From Archaeoglobaceae archaeon (GTDB lineage Archaea; Halobacteriota; Archaeoglobi; Archaeoglobales; Archaeoglobaceae), in assembly GCA_038893835.1 (NCBI GenBank), contig JAWAQR010000015.1, positions 1 through 29,954 of the forward strand: DNA of 29,954 nt, read 5' to 3'. Of this stretch, positions 18,624-28,755 are shown piece by piece; position 1 is the stretch's first letter; the number at the start of each line of letters is the position of its first letter. The notes below the pieces were generated by a model. It was given only the letters and a program-made list of their open reading frames with translations. It did no database searches and was not told the DNA's origin. A program made the translations under genes and the position numbers.

Positions 18624-19558
18624 ATTTCTTTCGCCTTTCTTATATTTTCCAGTAATTTCAAAGCTACTTTTTGTGATGGGAAAGAGAACATTCCACAGTC
18701 TGGGCCAATGTATTTAACTAAATCCCCAAATTTCTCAATCGAAACTCTTATCCTTCCGGCAATCCTTTCAGCAGATTCAAGTTCGTTTATGGCAAGTTCT
18801 AGAAGTTCTTCCCCCTTCCAAGCATTTACGCTGTATTTTTCATTGAATTCATTTACGATGCAGTCTATATCTGTTCTAGCAACTCCAATTCTCAATCCTT
18901 TTTCTGCAGAAAGAAGGAGCTCTTTATCGAGCAATGCAAGCTTTTCTGGATTTTTGGCACTCTCAACACCTATGATATCTATTTTCGTTTCCATAAACTT
19001 ATCGTAAAAAACAGGTTCATGTAAGTGAACCTGAACATCAACTCCAAGTTCCTTGCTGTAAACTCTTTCAATAAGTTCTTTCTCTGGCTGTAAATCAGGC
19101 GCGATACCAAGACTTGGCTCATCGAAACTTATGCACTTTACATTTTCATATTTAAGTGCGTTCTCAGCAAAACGATAAATCGATTCGGCGATGTTCAACA
19201 GAACATCTTCATATATTTTTCCACCAAATTCTCTGTAATAGAGTTCAAAAGCCCCCGTTATGCACACTCTAACCTTTTCAACCTTCATTTTTTCAACGTA
19301 TTCTAGCTCAGGAATTATGGCATGTTTTTTTGAAATCAGATAGGCATCCTCCTGAAATTCAGCATTCCTAATCGGTTGCATGAACATTTCTACCATGTCT
19401 CTAAATTGAGGATAATTCGGGATTTCAAGAAATTTCGACTTCATCAGAAATGTCCTCTGAACCATTTCTTCGTATTCCTTTGTCCTGTAATTACTTTCAA
19501 CCCATTCTCTAGTAATTCCACTTGGCAATGGAAAGCTTCCTATGTCGTCGATGAGCAT
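18608..19558 (-). CDS. Single-domain (core) cobalamin-independent methionine synthase, probably MesC-like
   Basis: DIGSFP, ITGAFEL, FDEP, VHLH, GVES, GPDCG; only the C-terminal MetE barrel is present. Confidence 0.8.
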   Translation of the reverse strand: MLIDDIGSFPLPSGITREWVESNYRTKEYEEMVQRTFLMKSKFLEIPNYPQFRDMVEMFMQPIRNAEFQEDAYLISKKHAIIPELEYVEKMKVEKVRVCITGAFELYYREFGGKIYEDVLLNIAESIYRFAENALKYENVKCISFDEPSLGIAPDLQPEKELIERVYSKELGVDVQVHLHEPVFYDKFMETKIDIIGVESAKNPEKLALLDKELLLSAEKGLRIGVARTDIDCIVNEFNEKYSVNAWKGEELLELAINELESAERIAGRIRVSIEKFGDLVKYIGPDCGMFSFPSQKVALKLLENIRKAKEIWNTI

Positions 19559-19572
19559 GTAAGGGATACATC

Positions 19573-20676
19573 TTAAGGTTTAAAAATATAGCAGCTCGGA
19601 TCCCAGCCCCAAAGATTTCCATAACGTAGCGCCCTAACTCTGAATCCCCCACATACGGATTTAAACTTACACGCACCACATATATCCTGCAAGTACTTCT
19701 CTTTCTTCCTTAGCATGTTAAAAAGTGGATCCTTTAGCCATAGATTTTTGAAGCCATGAATTAAAATGTTTCCTGCAGTATAATCGAACCAGAACTGGTT
19801 TGGATGCAAATTTCCTAACTCATCTATACAGACCAGCCTTACGCCACTATTATCTCCACCCCTGAACTTTAGAAATTCGAGTATCTCCTCGTTTCTTGTT
19901 TCCAGATATACGTAGACACCATCCGCTGGATTATCAACAGTCAAGATCTCTATCTCATCCTCCCTCATCGCAGCCTTAATTAAAAAATCTATTATTCTTT
20001 TTCTAGTTGCGTTATCAACGTCATCTTCAAAAGAGGCCTTTCCAGCTGGAACTAGATGGTAAACACACAGTCTTGGGATTTCGAGCTCTTTTGCTAATTT
20101 TAAAACCTCTGAAATTTCGAGAAAATTGTATTTAGTCAGAGTAAACCTTATACCAGTTAAAGTTACTTCTCTAGCAATTTCCAATCCCTTCAAAGCTCTC
20201 TCAAACGAACCCTCTACTCCGCGAAACTTTTCATGAGCTTTAATGCCATCGAGACTTATACCAACATAGTCGAAAACCTTCAAATCGTTTACAATCTTCT
20301 CATCAATCAAAGTGCCGTTTGTGGAAAGAACAACTTTAATTCCCCTCTTCTTCGCGTGATCAGCAAGCTCGAAGATGTCTTTCCTCATCAACGGCTCTCC
20401 ACCGCTGAAAATGATTAGAGGAACGCCGAAACCAGCGATCTCGTTTATGATTTTCTTGCAATCATCAGTTGAAAGTTCAACTTTTCTCGTATTGGCTTTT
20501 GCGTAACAGTGGATGCAGTTGAGATTGCATCTGTTTGTGATGTTCCAGACAACGATTGGAACTTGTTTCGAAGCAAAATCTTTCAATTTTTTTGGAATGA
20601 ATCCGTCATCTTTCTCATAAATTAGTTCCTTCGAAACCGTTGCAGTTCCAGAAAGCATCTTACTCAGACTTATCAC
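19573..20676 (-). CDS. ahbC: Radical SAM/SPASM heme biosynthesis protein, 12,18-didecarboxysiroheme deacetylase-like
   Basis: MISLSK N-terminus, VVWNITNRCNLNCIHCY, FSGGEP, YHLVP, LTVDNPADG, C-terminal Cys cluster ...WGWDPSCY; hemA/hemB nearby. Confidence 0.8.
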   Translation of the reverse strand: MISLSKMLSGTATVSKELIYEKDDGFIPKKLKDFASKQVPIVVWNITNRCNLNCIHCYAKANTRKVELSTDDCKKIINEIAGFGVPLIIFSGGEPLMRKDIFELADHAKKRGIKVVLSTNGTLIDEKIVNDLKVFDYVGISLDGIKAHEKFRGVEGSFERALKGLEIAREVTLTGIRFTLTKYNFLEISEVLKLAKELEIPRLCVYHLVPAGKASFEDDVDNATRKRIIDFLIKAAMREDEIEILTVDNPADGVYVYLETRNEEILEFLKFRGGDNSGVRLVCIDELGNLHPNQFWFDYTAGNILIHGFKNLWLKDPLFNMLRKKEKYLQDICGACKFKSVCGGFRVRALRYGNLWGWDPSCYIFKP

Positions 20677-20704
20677 AGTGTTAGTTGTAAAAAGAATTAA
20701 AAAA

Positions 20705-22192
20705 TTATCTCAACCTTCTACCTATTTTGCTAAACACGAAGTAACAAAGTCCACAGCCAAGAAAAGTTGCCCACCACCAGTATCCCCAGCCCCACTGGGC
20801 CACTGTGTAAACGTAGTAACCACCGAGCGCCGTCATCGCAAAGCCATAAAGCATGCATGCGATGGCTCCTAGCTTGTGTGCTCCTTTCCAGAAAAGGGAT
20901 AACGCCAAGGTGTAAAAGAATATACATCCCAACCCTACCGCAGCTCCTGCCATGAGATATGCGAGCAAGTCTGGTGGGCGCAGAATGACCCAGGTTATTG
21001 GGATTAGGCTGAAGAATACGGTTAATATTCTGGCAATTCTCAGAAGAGCTTTATCGCTGAGATTTGGTTTTAAAATCTGTATTACATCTCTAGTCAGACT
21101 TCCAGACATTACTAAAACCATTCCTGCGAGCGTAGATATTGCAGCAGCGAACACTGCGGCGACGTAAAATCCGGAAATTGGAGCTCCTAGGACTAATGCA
21201 ACCATCGGTCCAGCGGAATCTTGTCTAGCTACTGGAACGTTGAACAGCTCTGTTTGGAACAAAGCTCTTGCCGTGAGCCCTGTGAGTAAGTTGAACCATG
21301 GAACTGATGCCGTAATAAAGACTACAAGAGTCATTATCACCAGATCTCTCTTTGTTATCTTCCTCAATCCGATGAATCTGGCCACATTGTGCGGAAAACC
21401 TACTGCCATTGTAACGAAGAGTCCAAGAGTTGCTGTTAGTCCGATGATGTCCGCGGCGAATTGTAGATTTGGTTTAGACAAATCCGGTCTGAGGGGTTCT
21501 ATTAGTTTTGGATCTTGATTTGCAAGAGCAGTATTTAGCCCCTCTGGCCCACCAACCAATGCGAGTGCCATGATGCTGAGAAGTGTGCATGTAAAGACTA
21601 TGAAGAGCCCTTGAATTGCAAGTGCCCACTGCGTTCCTGTGTAACCACCAACGACCATGTAGGTGGCCATTATGATCGCTGAAATGAATATCGAGATCTC
21701 CCAGGGAGTTCCGGTGACAACATGCCAGGCAGTTGCGGCGGCTTTGTATTGTCCAACTGAATAAACGAGCATTAAAATTACGTAAATGATACAAGCCAGC
21801 GCTGCAACGCCTTTGCTACCATAGATTGCACCAACGAGCTGCGGTACTGTGTTTGCCTTCATCTGTTCAAATCTATTTCTGAGCTTTGGTCCGAAGATTG
21901 CAACTGTTGGAATTATTCCAACGAGTGTCCAGACTCCAGCCAACCACATTCCCGACCAGCCAAAGGAATAAACTATGCCCATTAGCCCAAGACATGCCCA
22001 TCCGCTGAGCCAAGTGGCTGTTAGAGCTAGTCCAGTGATAACGGGTCCAAAATTCCTGCTACCAACGAGCCAAGCGTTAAAGGTTTCACTCTTCTTTTTT
22101 GACAGAAAACCCACGAAGACGCTCAATCCGAGCAGCAAAGCTAGGAAGATTGCTGAAGATAATAAATCCATCAAAGTCGGTTTTGGCAGCAT
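20705..22192 (-). CDS. Sodium:solute symporter (SSS family)
   Basis: Many hydrophobic helices; ATWLSGW..LGLMG, GFPHNVARF, AAAIST. Confidence 0.92.
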   Translation of the reverse strand: MLPKPTLMDLLSSAIFLALLLGLSVFVGFLSKKKSETFNAWLVGSRNFGPVITGLALTATWLSGWACLGLMGIVYSFGWSGMWLAGVWTLVGIIPTVAIFGPKLRNRFEQMKANTVPQLVGAIYGSKGVAALACIIYVILMLVYSVGQYKAAATAWHVVTGTPWEISIFISAIIMATYMVVGGYTGTQWALAIQGLFIVFTCTLLSIMALALVGGPEGLNTALANQDPKLIEPLRPDLSKPNLQFAADIIGLTATLGLFVTMAVGFPHNVARFIGLRKITKRDLVIMTLVVFITASVPWFNLLTGLTARALFQTELFNVPVARQDSAGPMVALVLGAPISGFYVAAVFAAAISTLAGMVLVMSGSLTRDVIQILKPNLSDKALLRIARILTVFFSLIPITWVILRPPDLLAYLMAGAAVGLGCIFFYTLALSLFWKGAHKLGAIACMLYGFAMTALGGYYVYTVAQWGWGYWWWATFLGCGLCYFVFSKIGRRLR

Positions 22193-22193
22193 T

Positions 22194-22286
22194 TTACCCC
22201 TCCGGCTTACTAAGGGCTAAGCTAAGAACTGCTACAATTACACTCAGCAGTATGGCTAGTAAAAAACATATCCAAGCATCTAACAT
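22194..22286 (-). CDS. 30-aa single-helix membrane protein, putative symporter accessory subunit (not in the ORF track)
   Basis: Own translation: MLDAWICFLLAILLSVIVAVLSLALSKPEG*. Stop lies 1 nt before the symporter ATG; TATA box upstream. Confidence 0.75.
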   Translation of the reverse strand: MLDAWICFLLAILLSVIVAVLSLALSKPEG

Positions 22287-22307
22287 GTGCTCATCGAAAT
22301 CCCAAGA

Positions 22308-22322
22308 AATTTAAACTTTATG
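22308..22322 (-). promoter_or_regulatory. BRE/TATA promoter for the micro-ORF and symporter
   Basis: Minus strand CATAAAG-TTTAAATT; box begins about 29 nt upstream of ATG 22286. Confidence 0.55.
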
Positions 22323-22355
22323 TTATAATATAGCTAATCAAAAGCATATTAAAGA

Positions 22356-22937
22356 TTAAAGATTTAAGAAGTATTCGTGAATTCTCGTAGTCGTGAGTTC
22401 TGGATGAAATGCTAGCCCCAGAATTTTACCCTGCTGAACTGCAACTATTTTATTTTCTAACTTTGCCAGAATTTCTACTCCTTCCCCGACTTCCTCGATT
22501 ATCGGAGCTCTTATGAAAATCGCTTCAACTTCACCAATTCCCTTCATCTGTAACCTTGTTTGAAAACTCTCCTTTTGCCTTCCGAATGCATTTCTTTTGA
22601 TCTTGACATTGAGCAAACCTAGAAGTTTTGTTTTTGTTCTTTCCACCTGCTCGTCTCCAAATTTTGAAAGAATTATCAATCCAGCGCAGGTACCCATTAT
22701 TGGCTTTCCTTCCTTGGCTAGCTGGAGTATTTCGTCAGCAATACCGTCTCGGAATATTAACTTACTGATCGTCGTACTCTCTCCGCCAGGAATTATTACA
22801 GCGTCGCTTTTCGAAACCATTCCAGCCTTTCTAACAGCTATCACTTCTCCATCGATTCCAAGATTCTCCATTGCTCTCTTCGCAGCTATTACGTGTTCTT
22901 CAACGTCTCCTTGAACCCCAACTACTGCCACTCTCAT
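22356..22937 (-). CDS. pdxT: Pyridoxal 5'-phosphate synthase glutaminase subunit
   Basis: [39 protein letters not shown]. Confidence 0.97.
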   Translation of the reverse strand: MRVAVVGVQGDVEEHVIAAKRAMENLGIDGEVIAVRKAGMVSKSDAVIIPGGESTTISKLIFRDGIADEILQLAKEGKPIMGTCAGLIILSKFGDEQVERTKTKLLGLLNVKIKRNAFGRQKESFQTRLQMKGIGEVEAIFIRAPIIEEVGEGVEILAKLENKIVAVQQGKILGLAFHPELTTTRIHEYFLNL

Positions 22938-23932
22938 GTCCCCCTAGACTGTAACAACTCTCCAAGTTTTGAAATCTCCTGTCCTCTCATGGGCTCTCCT
23001 AGGTCTTTTGAAACTTCAGCAACTACTTCCGGATCATCATAATGCTGAACAGCCTCCACAATTGCCCTTGCAAACTTCTCTGGATTCGAAGACTTGAATA
23101 TCCCGGAGCCGACAAAAACGCCGTCAGCGCCTAATTGCATCATCAACGCGGCATCCGCTGGAGTGGCAATTCCGCCTGCTGCGAAGTTTACAACTGGAAG
23201 TCTACCAAGCTTTCTAATTTCTAGCAAAACTTCATAAATTCCCTCGACTATCTCATCAAATGTAAAGTTCTCGTAAACTATCTCCCTTTCAACGGAAATT
23301 CCAACGTCTTCCTTTACCATTTTTGAAAGTTCTAGATACTTTGAGGCGAATTTTTCCGCTACTGAATATAATTTCTCCTCACTTGAATTATGCACCAAGT
23401 AAATTCCGTGATTTATTATCCTCATATGCCTGACAGCTTCGACAACATTTCCAGTCCCAGCTTCTCCTTTTGTCCTTATCATTGCAGCACCCTCCCATAT
23501 CCTTCTAACAGCCTCACCTAAATTTCTGGCTCCGCAAACGAATGGGACTGTGAATTTTTTCTTGTATATATGGAAGAATGTATCTGCCGGAGTTAATACT
23601 TCACTTTCATCGATCATATCAACTCCAATTGCTTCTAGAGCTCTAGCTTCTGCAATATGACCAATTCTACACTTTGCCATCACAGGAATTGTTACAGCAT
23701 CCATTATTTCTTCGATCTTTTTCGGATCAGCCATCCTAGCAACTCCACCGCTTGCCCTTATATCTGCAGGAACCTTATGTAATGCCATTACTGCAACAGC
23801 ACCAGCTTCCTCAGCTATGATCGCCTGTTCAGCATTTGTTACATCCATTATAACTCCTCCCTTTTGCATTTTTGCAAATCCTCGTTTCACGAGTTCAGTG
23901 CCAAATCTGAGCTTCTCTATTTCGATCTTCAT
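22934..23932 (-). CDS. pdxS: Pyridoxal 5'-phosphate synthase lyase subunit
   Basis: [47 protein letters not shown]. Confidence 0.98.
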   Translation of the reverse strand: MKIEIEKLRFGTELVKRGFAKMQKGGVIMDVTNAEQAIIAEEAGAVAVMALHKVPADIRASGGVARMADPKKIEEIMDAVTIPVMAKCRIGHIAEARALEAIGVDMIDESEVLTPADTFFHIYKKKFTVPFVCGARNLGEAVRRIWEGAAMIRTKGEAGTGNVVEAVRHMRIINHGIYLVHNSSEEKLYSVAEKFASKYLELSKMVKEDVGISVEREIVYENFTFDEIVEGIYEVLLEIRKLGRLPVVNFAAGGIATPADAALMMQLGADGVFVGSGIFKSSNPEKFARAIVEAVQHYDDPEVVAEVSKDLGEPMRGQEISKLGELLQSRGT

Positions 23933-23962
23933 GCAAAAAACTGCCTCTTTAGGAATATAAAA

Positions 23963-24928
23963 CTAGCTTCTGAGATACTCAACAACTTCTTTCGCATGGT
24001 AAGTTATTACGAGATCAGCACCAGCACGCTTTATTGCTGTCAATATTTCGTAAATGATCTCTTTCCCAAGCCAGCCTTTTTCAATGGCAGCTTTAACCAT
24101 TGCATATTCACCGCTGACATTAAAGGCTGCAAGGGGAACGTAAAAGGTTTCCTTTACTCTCCTTATCACATCCAAATACGCTAGGGCTGGTTTAACCATG
24201 ACTATATCAGCACCCTCCGCTATGTCCAGTTCAATTTCTCTTAGCGCTTCATCGCTGTTGTGGAAGTCCATCTGGTAGCTCTTTCTATCTCCGAATTTAT
24301 AACCGCTTTCAGCAGCTTCTCTGAATGGTGAATAAAAGTTTGAAGCGTATTTGGCTGAGTAACTCATTATTGCAACCTCGTAAAATCCTTCTCTATCCAA
24401 TGAATCCCTTATAGCCTTTACCATTCCATCCATCATTCCTGAGGGTGCTACAATGTCAGCTCCAGCTTTTGCATGGCTTACAGCTATTTTTCCCAGTATA
24501 GATAGAGTTTCATCGTTGAGAATTCTACCATTCTTTACAATTCCGCAATGGCCATGGCTTGTATATTGACATAGACAAACATCCGTTATTATCACGGCAT
24601 CTGGGTATTCTTTCTTAATAGATTTAACAGCTTTCTGAACAACTCCATCGTCATTAAAGGCTTCGCTACCGATCTCATCCTTCCTTTTTGGAATTCCAAA
24701 CAATATGAAAGCCTTTAATCCCAGATCCAAGCAATCGCCAACTTCTTTAGCAACTTCACTTAGAGGTATGCGAAAGTAGTTTGGCATCGACGGTATTTCT
24801 TTCTTCTGTTTTGAAACTTCATCTACAAAAATTGGAACAACTAGATCTTCAATTCTGAGCTTCGATTCCCGAAAAAGATTTCTTAAATTCTCCCTTCTTA
24901 ATCTTCTCATTCTCACGGTTGGAAACAT
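23963..24928 (-). CDS. hemB: Porphobilinogen synthase
   Basis: [20 protein letters not shown] (Zn site), [20 protein letters not shown]; start ATG 24928 after GGTGG. Confidence 0.97.
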   Translation of the reverse strand: MFPTVRMRRLRRENLRNLFRESKLRIEDLVVPIFVDEVSKQKKEIPSMPNYFRIPLSEVAKEVGDCLDLGLKAFILFGIPKRKDEIGSEAFNDDGVVQKAVKSIKKEYPDAVIITDVCLCQYTSHGHCGIVKNGRILNDETLSILGKIAVSHAKAGADIVAPSGMMDGMVKAIRDSLDREGFYEVAIMSYSAKYASNFYSPFREAAESGYKFGDRKSYQMDFHNSDEALREIELDIAEGADIVMVKPALAYLDVIRRVKETFYVPLAAFNVSGEYAMVKAAIEKGWLGKEIIYEILTAIKRAGADLVITYHAKEVVEYLRS

Positions 24929-26141
24929 TTTTACCACCAAAGAGATCCATAACAGTTTCTACAACTTCTAGATTTCCATTTCTTGCGGCAAGCTTCAGTT
25001 TTTCAGTTGGCTCGCTCAAGAATTTTTTTATGAACGAAATTGCAAAAGCCCTAAAAATTGGTTTTAAATTTCCATCTATTCCATATTTCTCCAGCTTTTT
25101 GCACAGCTCTTCTATTTCCTCATCCAAAAATTTACCGGCAAGTGAATACATCGCATTTATAGCCTTTCTAGCTTCTAATTCTCTAAGATAATTCCTGAAT
25201 TGTGCTAATTCTTTCTCTATTATCTCCTCAGCCTTCTTAACTTCACACAATCTCTGCTGAAGATTTCTTTCACTTATTTCCCTAAGATCGTCGATTGTGA
25301 AAAGCTCAACGTTCGGAATGAATTTGACCGAATCCTCAACATCCCTAGGCAGGGCTATATCGATGATCACTAGCTTTTTATCCCTTTCCTTCATAGCCTC
25401 TTCAACGCTTTCTCTTGTTATTACGATGTGTGGCGCGGAAGTTGCGGAAATTACAACATCGCATACTTTTAGAAATTCTGGGAGTTTATCGAATTTCACA
25501 GCAATTCCATTCAACTTCTTTGCCAGAATTTCGGCCTTATAAAAGGTTCTATTTGCGATAAAAATCGTCTCAGCATCCTTTCTTATAGCTCTTGCAACTA
25601 GTTCTCCCATTTCTCCAGCCCCTACTATGAGAACTTTTTTCCCCTTCAGAGAGCCTAGGACTTTTTCGGCAAGTTCAACCGCAGCAGAGCCTATGCTTAA
25701 TGCCTTTCTAGATATTGCTGTCTCTCTCCTGACCTTACTACCAACTTGAATCGCTTTCGAGAATATCCTTTTCAGATTTTCTCCAACTGTTCCTAAATCT
25801 TCGCATTTGGCTAGACATTTCTTTACTTGTCCAAGTATTTCATTTTCTCCGACTATCATTGACTCTATACCAGAACAAACTCGCATCAGATGTTTAAGGC
25901 AATCCTCACCGTAATATATTTCCGCATTCTCTATTCCAAGCTCTCTGGCAAGTCTTTCAAGTCTTTCTCTGACGTTGTTACAATATACGTAAACTTCAAA
26001 TCTATTGCAAGTCGTCAGGTAGACGAGTTCTGTAAATGAATAGGAGCGGAGAATTTGGTAAAGTTCGGGATTTTTTATGACTTTCTCTATTTCTTCAATT
26101 CTAGCTTTCTTGTGAGACAAAGAAAGACAGCCAAGTTCCAC
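24849..26141 (-). CDS. hemA: Glutamyl-tRNA reductase
   Basis: [40 protein letters not shown]; GTG start. Confidence 0.97.
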   Translation of the reverse strand: MELGCLSLSHKKARIEEIEKVIKNPELYQILRSYSFTELVYLTTCNRFEVYVYCNNVRERLERLARELGIENAEIYYGEDCLKHLMRVCSGIESMIVGENEILGQVKKCLAKCEDLGTVGENLKRIFSKAIQVGSKVRRETAISRKALSIGSAAVELAEKVLGSLKGKKVLIVGAGEMGELVARAIRKDAETIFIANRTFYKAEILAKKLNGIAVKFDKLPEFLKVCDVVISATSAPHIVITRESVEEAMKERDKKLVIIDIALPRDVEDSVKFIPNVELFTIDDLREISERNLQQRLCEVKKAEEIIEKELAQFRNYLRELEARKAINAMYSLAGKFLDEEIEELCKKLEKYGIDGNLKPIFRAFAISFIKKFLSEPTEKLKLAARNGNLEVVETVMDLFGGKNVSNRENEKIKKGEFKKSFSGIEAQN

Positions 26142-26205
26142 GTAGAAATTAATGTTTCAGTTTTTTAACCTTTTGTATACATAACAGGTGGTTGAATGAA
26201 AATTT

Positions 26206-26222
26206 AAAAAAATATTTATAAA
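26206..26222 (+). promoter_or_regulatory. BRE/TATA promoter of the acyl-CoA ligase gene
   Basis: A-run followed by TTTATAAA beginning 30 nt before ATG 26245. Confidence 0.55.
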
Positions 26223-26244
26223 CATATCCGTTTGGATTTCTAGC

Positions 26245-27951
26245 ATGCTAGGGGTTGAAGGAAAAACACTCATGGAAGTAAGACCTGAAGAGATCAAAAG
26301 GATCTGGGTAAAACACTATGATAAGGGAGTTAGAGATCACATAGATTACCCCGAGATACCGCTATACTGCCTGCTTGAGGAAAGCGCAAAGAAGAACCCA
26401 AATAAAACTGCCCTGATTTTCTATGGTAAGAAGCTCAGTTACAGAGAAGTTGATGAATTGAGCGATAGAGTTGCGGGTTATCTGTACAGCATTGGAATTA
26501 GAAAGGGAAGCAAAGTTGTTTTAGATCTACCAAACACTCCACATTACGTAATAGCATACTATGGAATCCTGAAAACTGGGGCAACAGTAGTTCAGTGCAA
26601 TCCTCTTTACACTGAGAGGGAGATAAGGTATATAGTTGAAAATAGTGAAGCTGAGGCAGGCTTCTTCATAGAAATGGTTTATCCGAGGATTGAGAAAATC
26701 TTGAACGAAGGAAAGCTTAAGAGGGCGATAATATGCAAGATTGAGGACTTTCTCCCCTTCCCGCTTAACTTATTATATCCACTTAAAAAGCAGAAGGTGA
26801 AAATCGAGAAAAGAGGGGATGTGACATTCTGGAATGAAGTTGTAAAACATCCGCCATCTAAAGATAGACCAAAGATAGATCCAAAAGAAGACGTTGCAGT
26901 TTTCCTATACACAGGTGGAACCACTGGGGTTCCCAAGGCAGTTATGAGCACACATTACAATCTGGTGGCCAACACGTATCAAGTTCTTGAATGGCTTCCA
27001 GATAAAAATCCTGAGAGCGATGTTTTCATAGCTGTACTTCCATATTTCCATAGCTATGGAATGACAACTTCGCTAAACGTTCCAATAGCTTTTGGTGCAA
27101 CGATAGTTCTAATCCCAGATCCGAGGGATATAAAGACGATTTTAAAGTCTATAGAAAAGTACAAAGTCTCGATTTTCTGTGGAGTTCCAACGATGTACAC
27201 AGCAGTCTTGAACTATCCTGAAAGAAACAAGTACGACTTATCATCCATAAAGGCCTGCATAAGCGGTGCAGCACCTTTGCCAGTTGAGCTAAAAAGAAAC
27301 TTTGAAAGTGCAACTGGAGGAAAGCTTGTTGAAGGCTATGGATTGAGCGAGACTTCTCCAGTTACGCATGCAAATCCACTTTACGGATTGAACAAGGAAG
27401 GGAGCATAGGAATTCCGCTGCCGGATACGCTTGCTGTAGTTGTGGATGACGAGGGTAACATTCTCCCACCGGGACAGGTTGGGGAGCTTGCAATCTATGG
27501 ACCGCAGGTGATGAAGGGATACTGGAAGATGGAGAGCGAGACAGCGAAGGTATTGATAAATGGATGGCTTTTGACTGGAGACCTTGCAAAGATGGATGAG
27601 GATGGATACTTCTACATAGTTGACAGGAAGAAGGATTTGATAATCGCTGGTGGCTACAACATATATCCAAGGGAAGTTGAGGAAGTCCTCTACGAACATC
27701 CCGCCGTGCTCGAGGCAGCAGTTATAGGAGTTCCGGATCCATACAGGGGAGAAACTGTGAAGGCCTTCATAGTTCTGAAGCCAGAGTACAGGGGAAAGGT
27801 TACAGAGGAGGAAATAATAAAGTTCTGTAAGGAGAGACTCGCAGCTTATAAGGTTCCAAAGATAATAGAGTTCCGGAATGAGCTTCCTAAGTCTGCGGTT
27901 GGAAAGATACTGAGAAGAGTTTTGAAAGAGGAGGAGGCGAAGAAGAAATAA
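26245..27951 (+). CDS. fadD: Long-chain-fatty-acid--CoA ligase (FadD-like)
   Basis: YTGGTTGVPK, EGYGLSE, TGD, RKKDLII.GG.N.YP.EVE, LPKSAVGKILR. Confidence 0.93.
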   Translation: MLGVEGKTLMEVRPEEIKRIWVKHYDKGVRDHIDYPEIPLYCLLEESAKKNPNKTALIFYGKKLSYREVDELSDRVAGYLYSIGIRKGSKVVLDLPNTPHYVIAYYGILKTGATVVQCNPLYTEREIRYIVENSEAEAGFFIEMVYPRIEKILNEGKLKRAIICKIEDFLPFPLNLLYPLKKQKVKIEKRGDVTFWNEVVKHPPSKDRPKIDPKEDVAVFLYTGGTTGVPKAVMSTHYNLVANTYQVLEWLPDKNPESDVFIAVLPYFHSYGMTTSLNVPIAFGATIVLIPDPRDIKTILKSIEKYKVSIFCGVPTMYTAVLNYPERNKYDLSSIKACISGAAPLPVELKRNFESATGGKLVEGYGLSETSPVTHANPLYGLNKEGSIGIPLPDTLAVVVDDEGNILPPGQVGELAIYGPQVMKGYWKMESETAKVLINGWLLTGDLAKMDEDGYFYIVDRKKDLIIAGGYNIYPREVEEVLYEHPAVLEAAVIGVPDPYRGETVKAFIVLKPEYRGKVTEEEIIKFCKERLAAYKVPKIIEFRNELPKSAVGKILRRVLKEEEAKKK

Positions 27952-27965
27952 TTTTTTATTTTTAT
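27952..27965 (+). terminator. Oligo-T terminator after fadD
   Basis: TTTTTTATTTTTAT directly after the stop codon. Confidence 0.5.
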
Positions 27966-28216
27966 GGGGGAGTGGTGGTAATAAGCCCCCTTCTGTTCCG
28001 GCGGCATCGGTCTTAGCGGCCTTAAGCCTTGCACCCAGTGGTGGGCGGATTTTTCAACCAGCAGAGGTGATCTCGGCTTTTCAGCTTCATCGCATTTCCC
28101 CCTGCCGGGGTTTTTCTGTTCCGCCCAATCCCCTCTCGGGGATGCTCCTTGCGGAGCCCACTTTTTGGGTGGGGGGACTTTCCTCCTCTCGGTCAGCCGC
28201 CCACCACCGCTCCCCC
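27966..28216 (-). ncRNA. rnpB: RNase P RNA (archaeal, type-M-like)
   Basis: GC-rich island. Minus strand has GAGGAAAGTCCCCC and AACAGAAGGGGGCTTA (P4 halves), ACAGAAA, TGAAA, GGTGCAAG, and complementary ends GGGGGAGCGGTGGTGG/TTACCACCACTCCCCC (P1). Confidence 0.96.
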
Positions 28217-28280
28217 TTGGAAGTTATCTTCAATGCATAAAATCTTTAAGGCGTACCTTATACAAGGATTAGGTGGGTTT

Positions 28281-28688
28281 ATGATATTCCAGGGGAGAAG
28301 TAGAAGAAAGCCTACAGGGGGTCTTTATAGGCCGCATAGAAAGAAAAGGAAATACGAGTTGGGTGGAGAGCAGGTAATGACAACAATTGGAGAAAGGAAA
28401 GTGAAGAAAGATAGAATGATGGGAGGAAACTACAAATTGAGACTTTTTGCTGACAAATTTGCAAATGTTTACGATCCTGAATCTAAGAAGGTTGTTAGGG
28501 CGGAGATAAAGGCTGTCCTCGAAAATCCTGCAAACGTTCACTATGTTAGACATGGGGTGATAACAAAGGGGGCAATCATAGCTACTTCAATCGGGAAAGC
28601 TAAGGTTACGAACAGACCTAGCCAGGAAGGGATAATAAATGCAATTCTAATTGAGAAGCAAATCGAGGGGGCGCCAAAAGTGTCATAG
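28281..28688 (+). CDS. rps8e: 30S ribosomal protein S8e
   Basis: MIFQGRSRRKPTGG...RKKRKYELG, ENPAN, ITKG, VTNRPSQEG. True start is ATG 28281 after AGGTGG. Confidence 0.97.
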   Translation: MIFQGRSRRKPTGGLYRPHRKKRKYELGGEQVMTTIGERKVKKDRMMGGNYKLRLFADKFANVYDPESKKVVRAEIKAVLENPANVHYVRHGVITKGAIIATSIGKAKVTNRPSQEGIINAILIEKQIEGAPKVS

Positions 28689-28736
28689 ATGCATCGGCGG
28701 CGGGACAGAGACCAACATTATCTATGGCGCCCCTTT
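28666..28736 (-). ncRNA. Candidate small structured RNA (~70-nt hairpin), family unknown
   Basis: GGGGCGCCA/TGGCGCCCC 9-bp inverted repeat enclosing a further stem; upstream BRE/TATA at the right spacing. Confidence 0.55.
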
Positions 28737-28755
28737 AAAAGTTAGCACAGAGATG

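Noticed and set aside
28149-28280. 44-aa N-terminal extension of S8e in the ORF track
   Set aside because: It is an open frame running across the antisense of the RNase P RNA and the promoter region. The conserved S8e start with a Shine-Dalgarno site is ATG 28281.
28666-28736. Hairpin as a tRNA, C/D box sRNA, SECIS, fluoride riboswitch or simple terminator
   Set aside because: No cloverleaf or TTC-RA loop, no RUGAUGA/CUGA pair, no in-frame UGA gene nearby, and a poor match to the crcB consensus. Archaeal terminators are generally U tracts, and this element has its own promoter.
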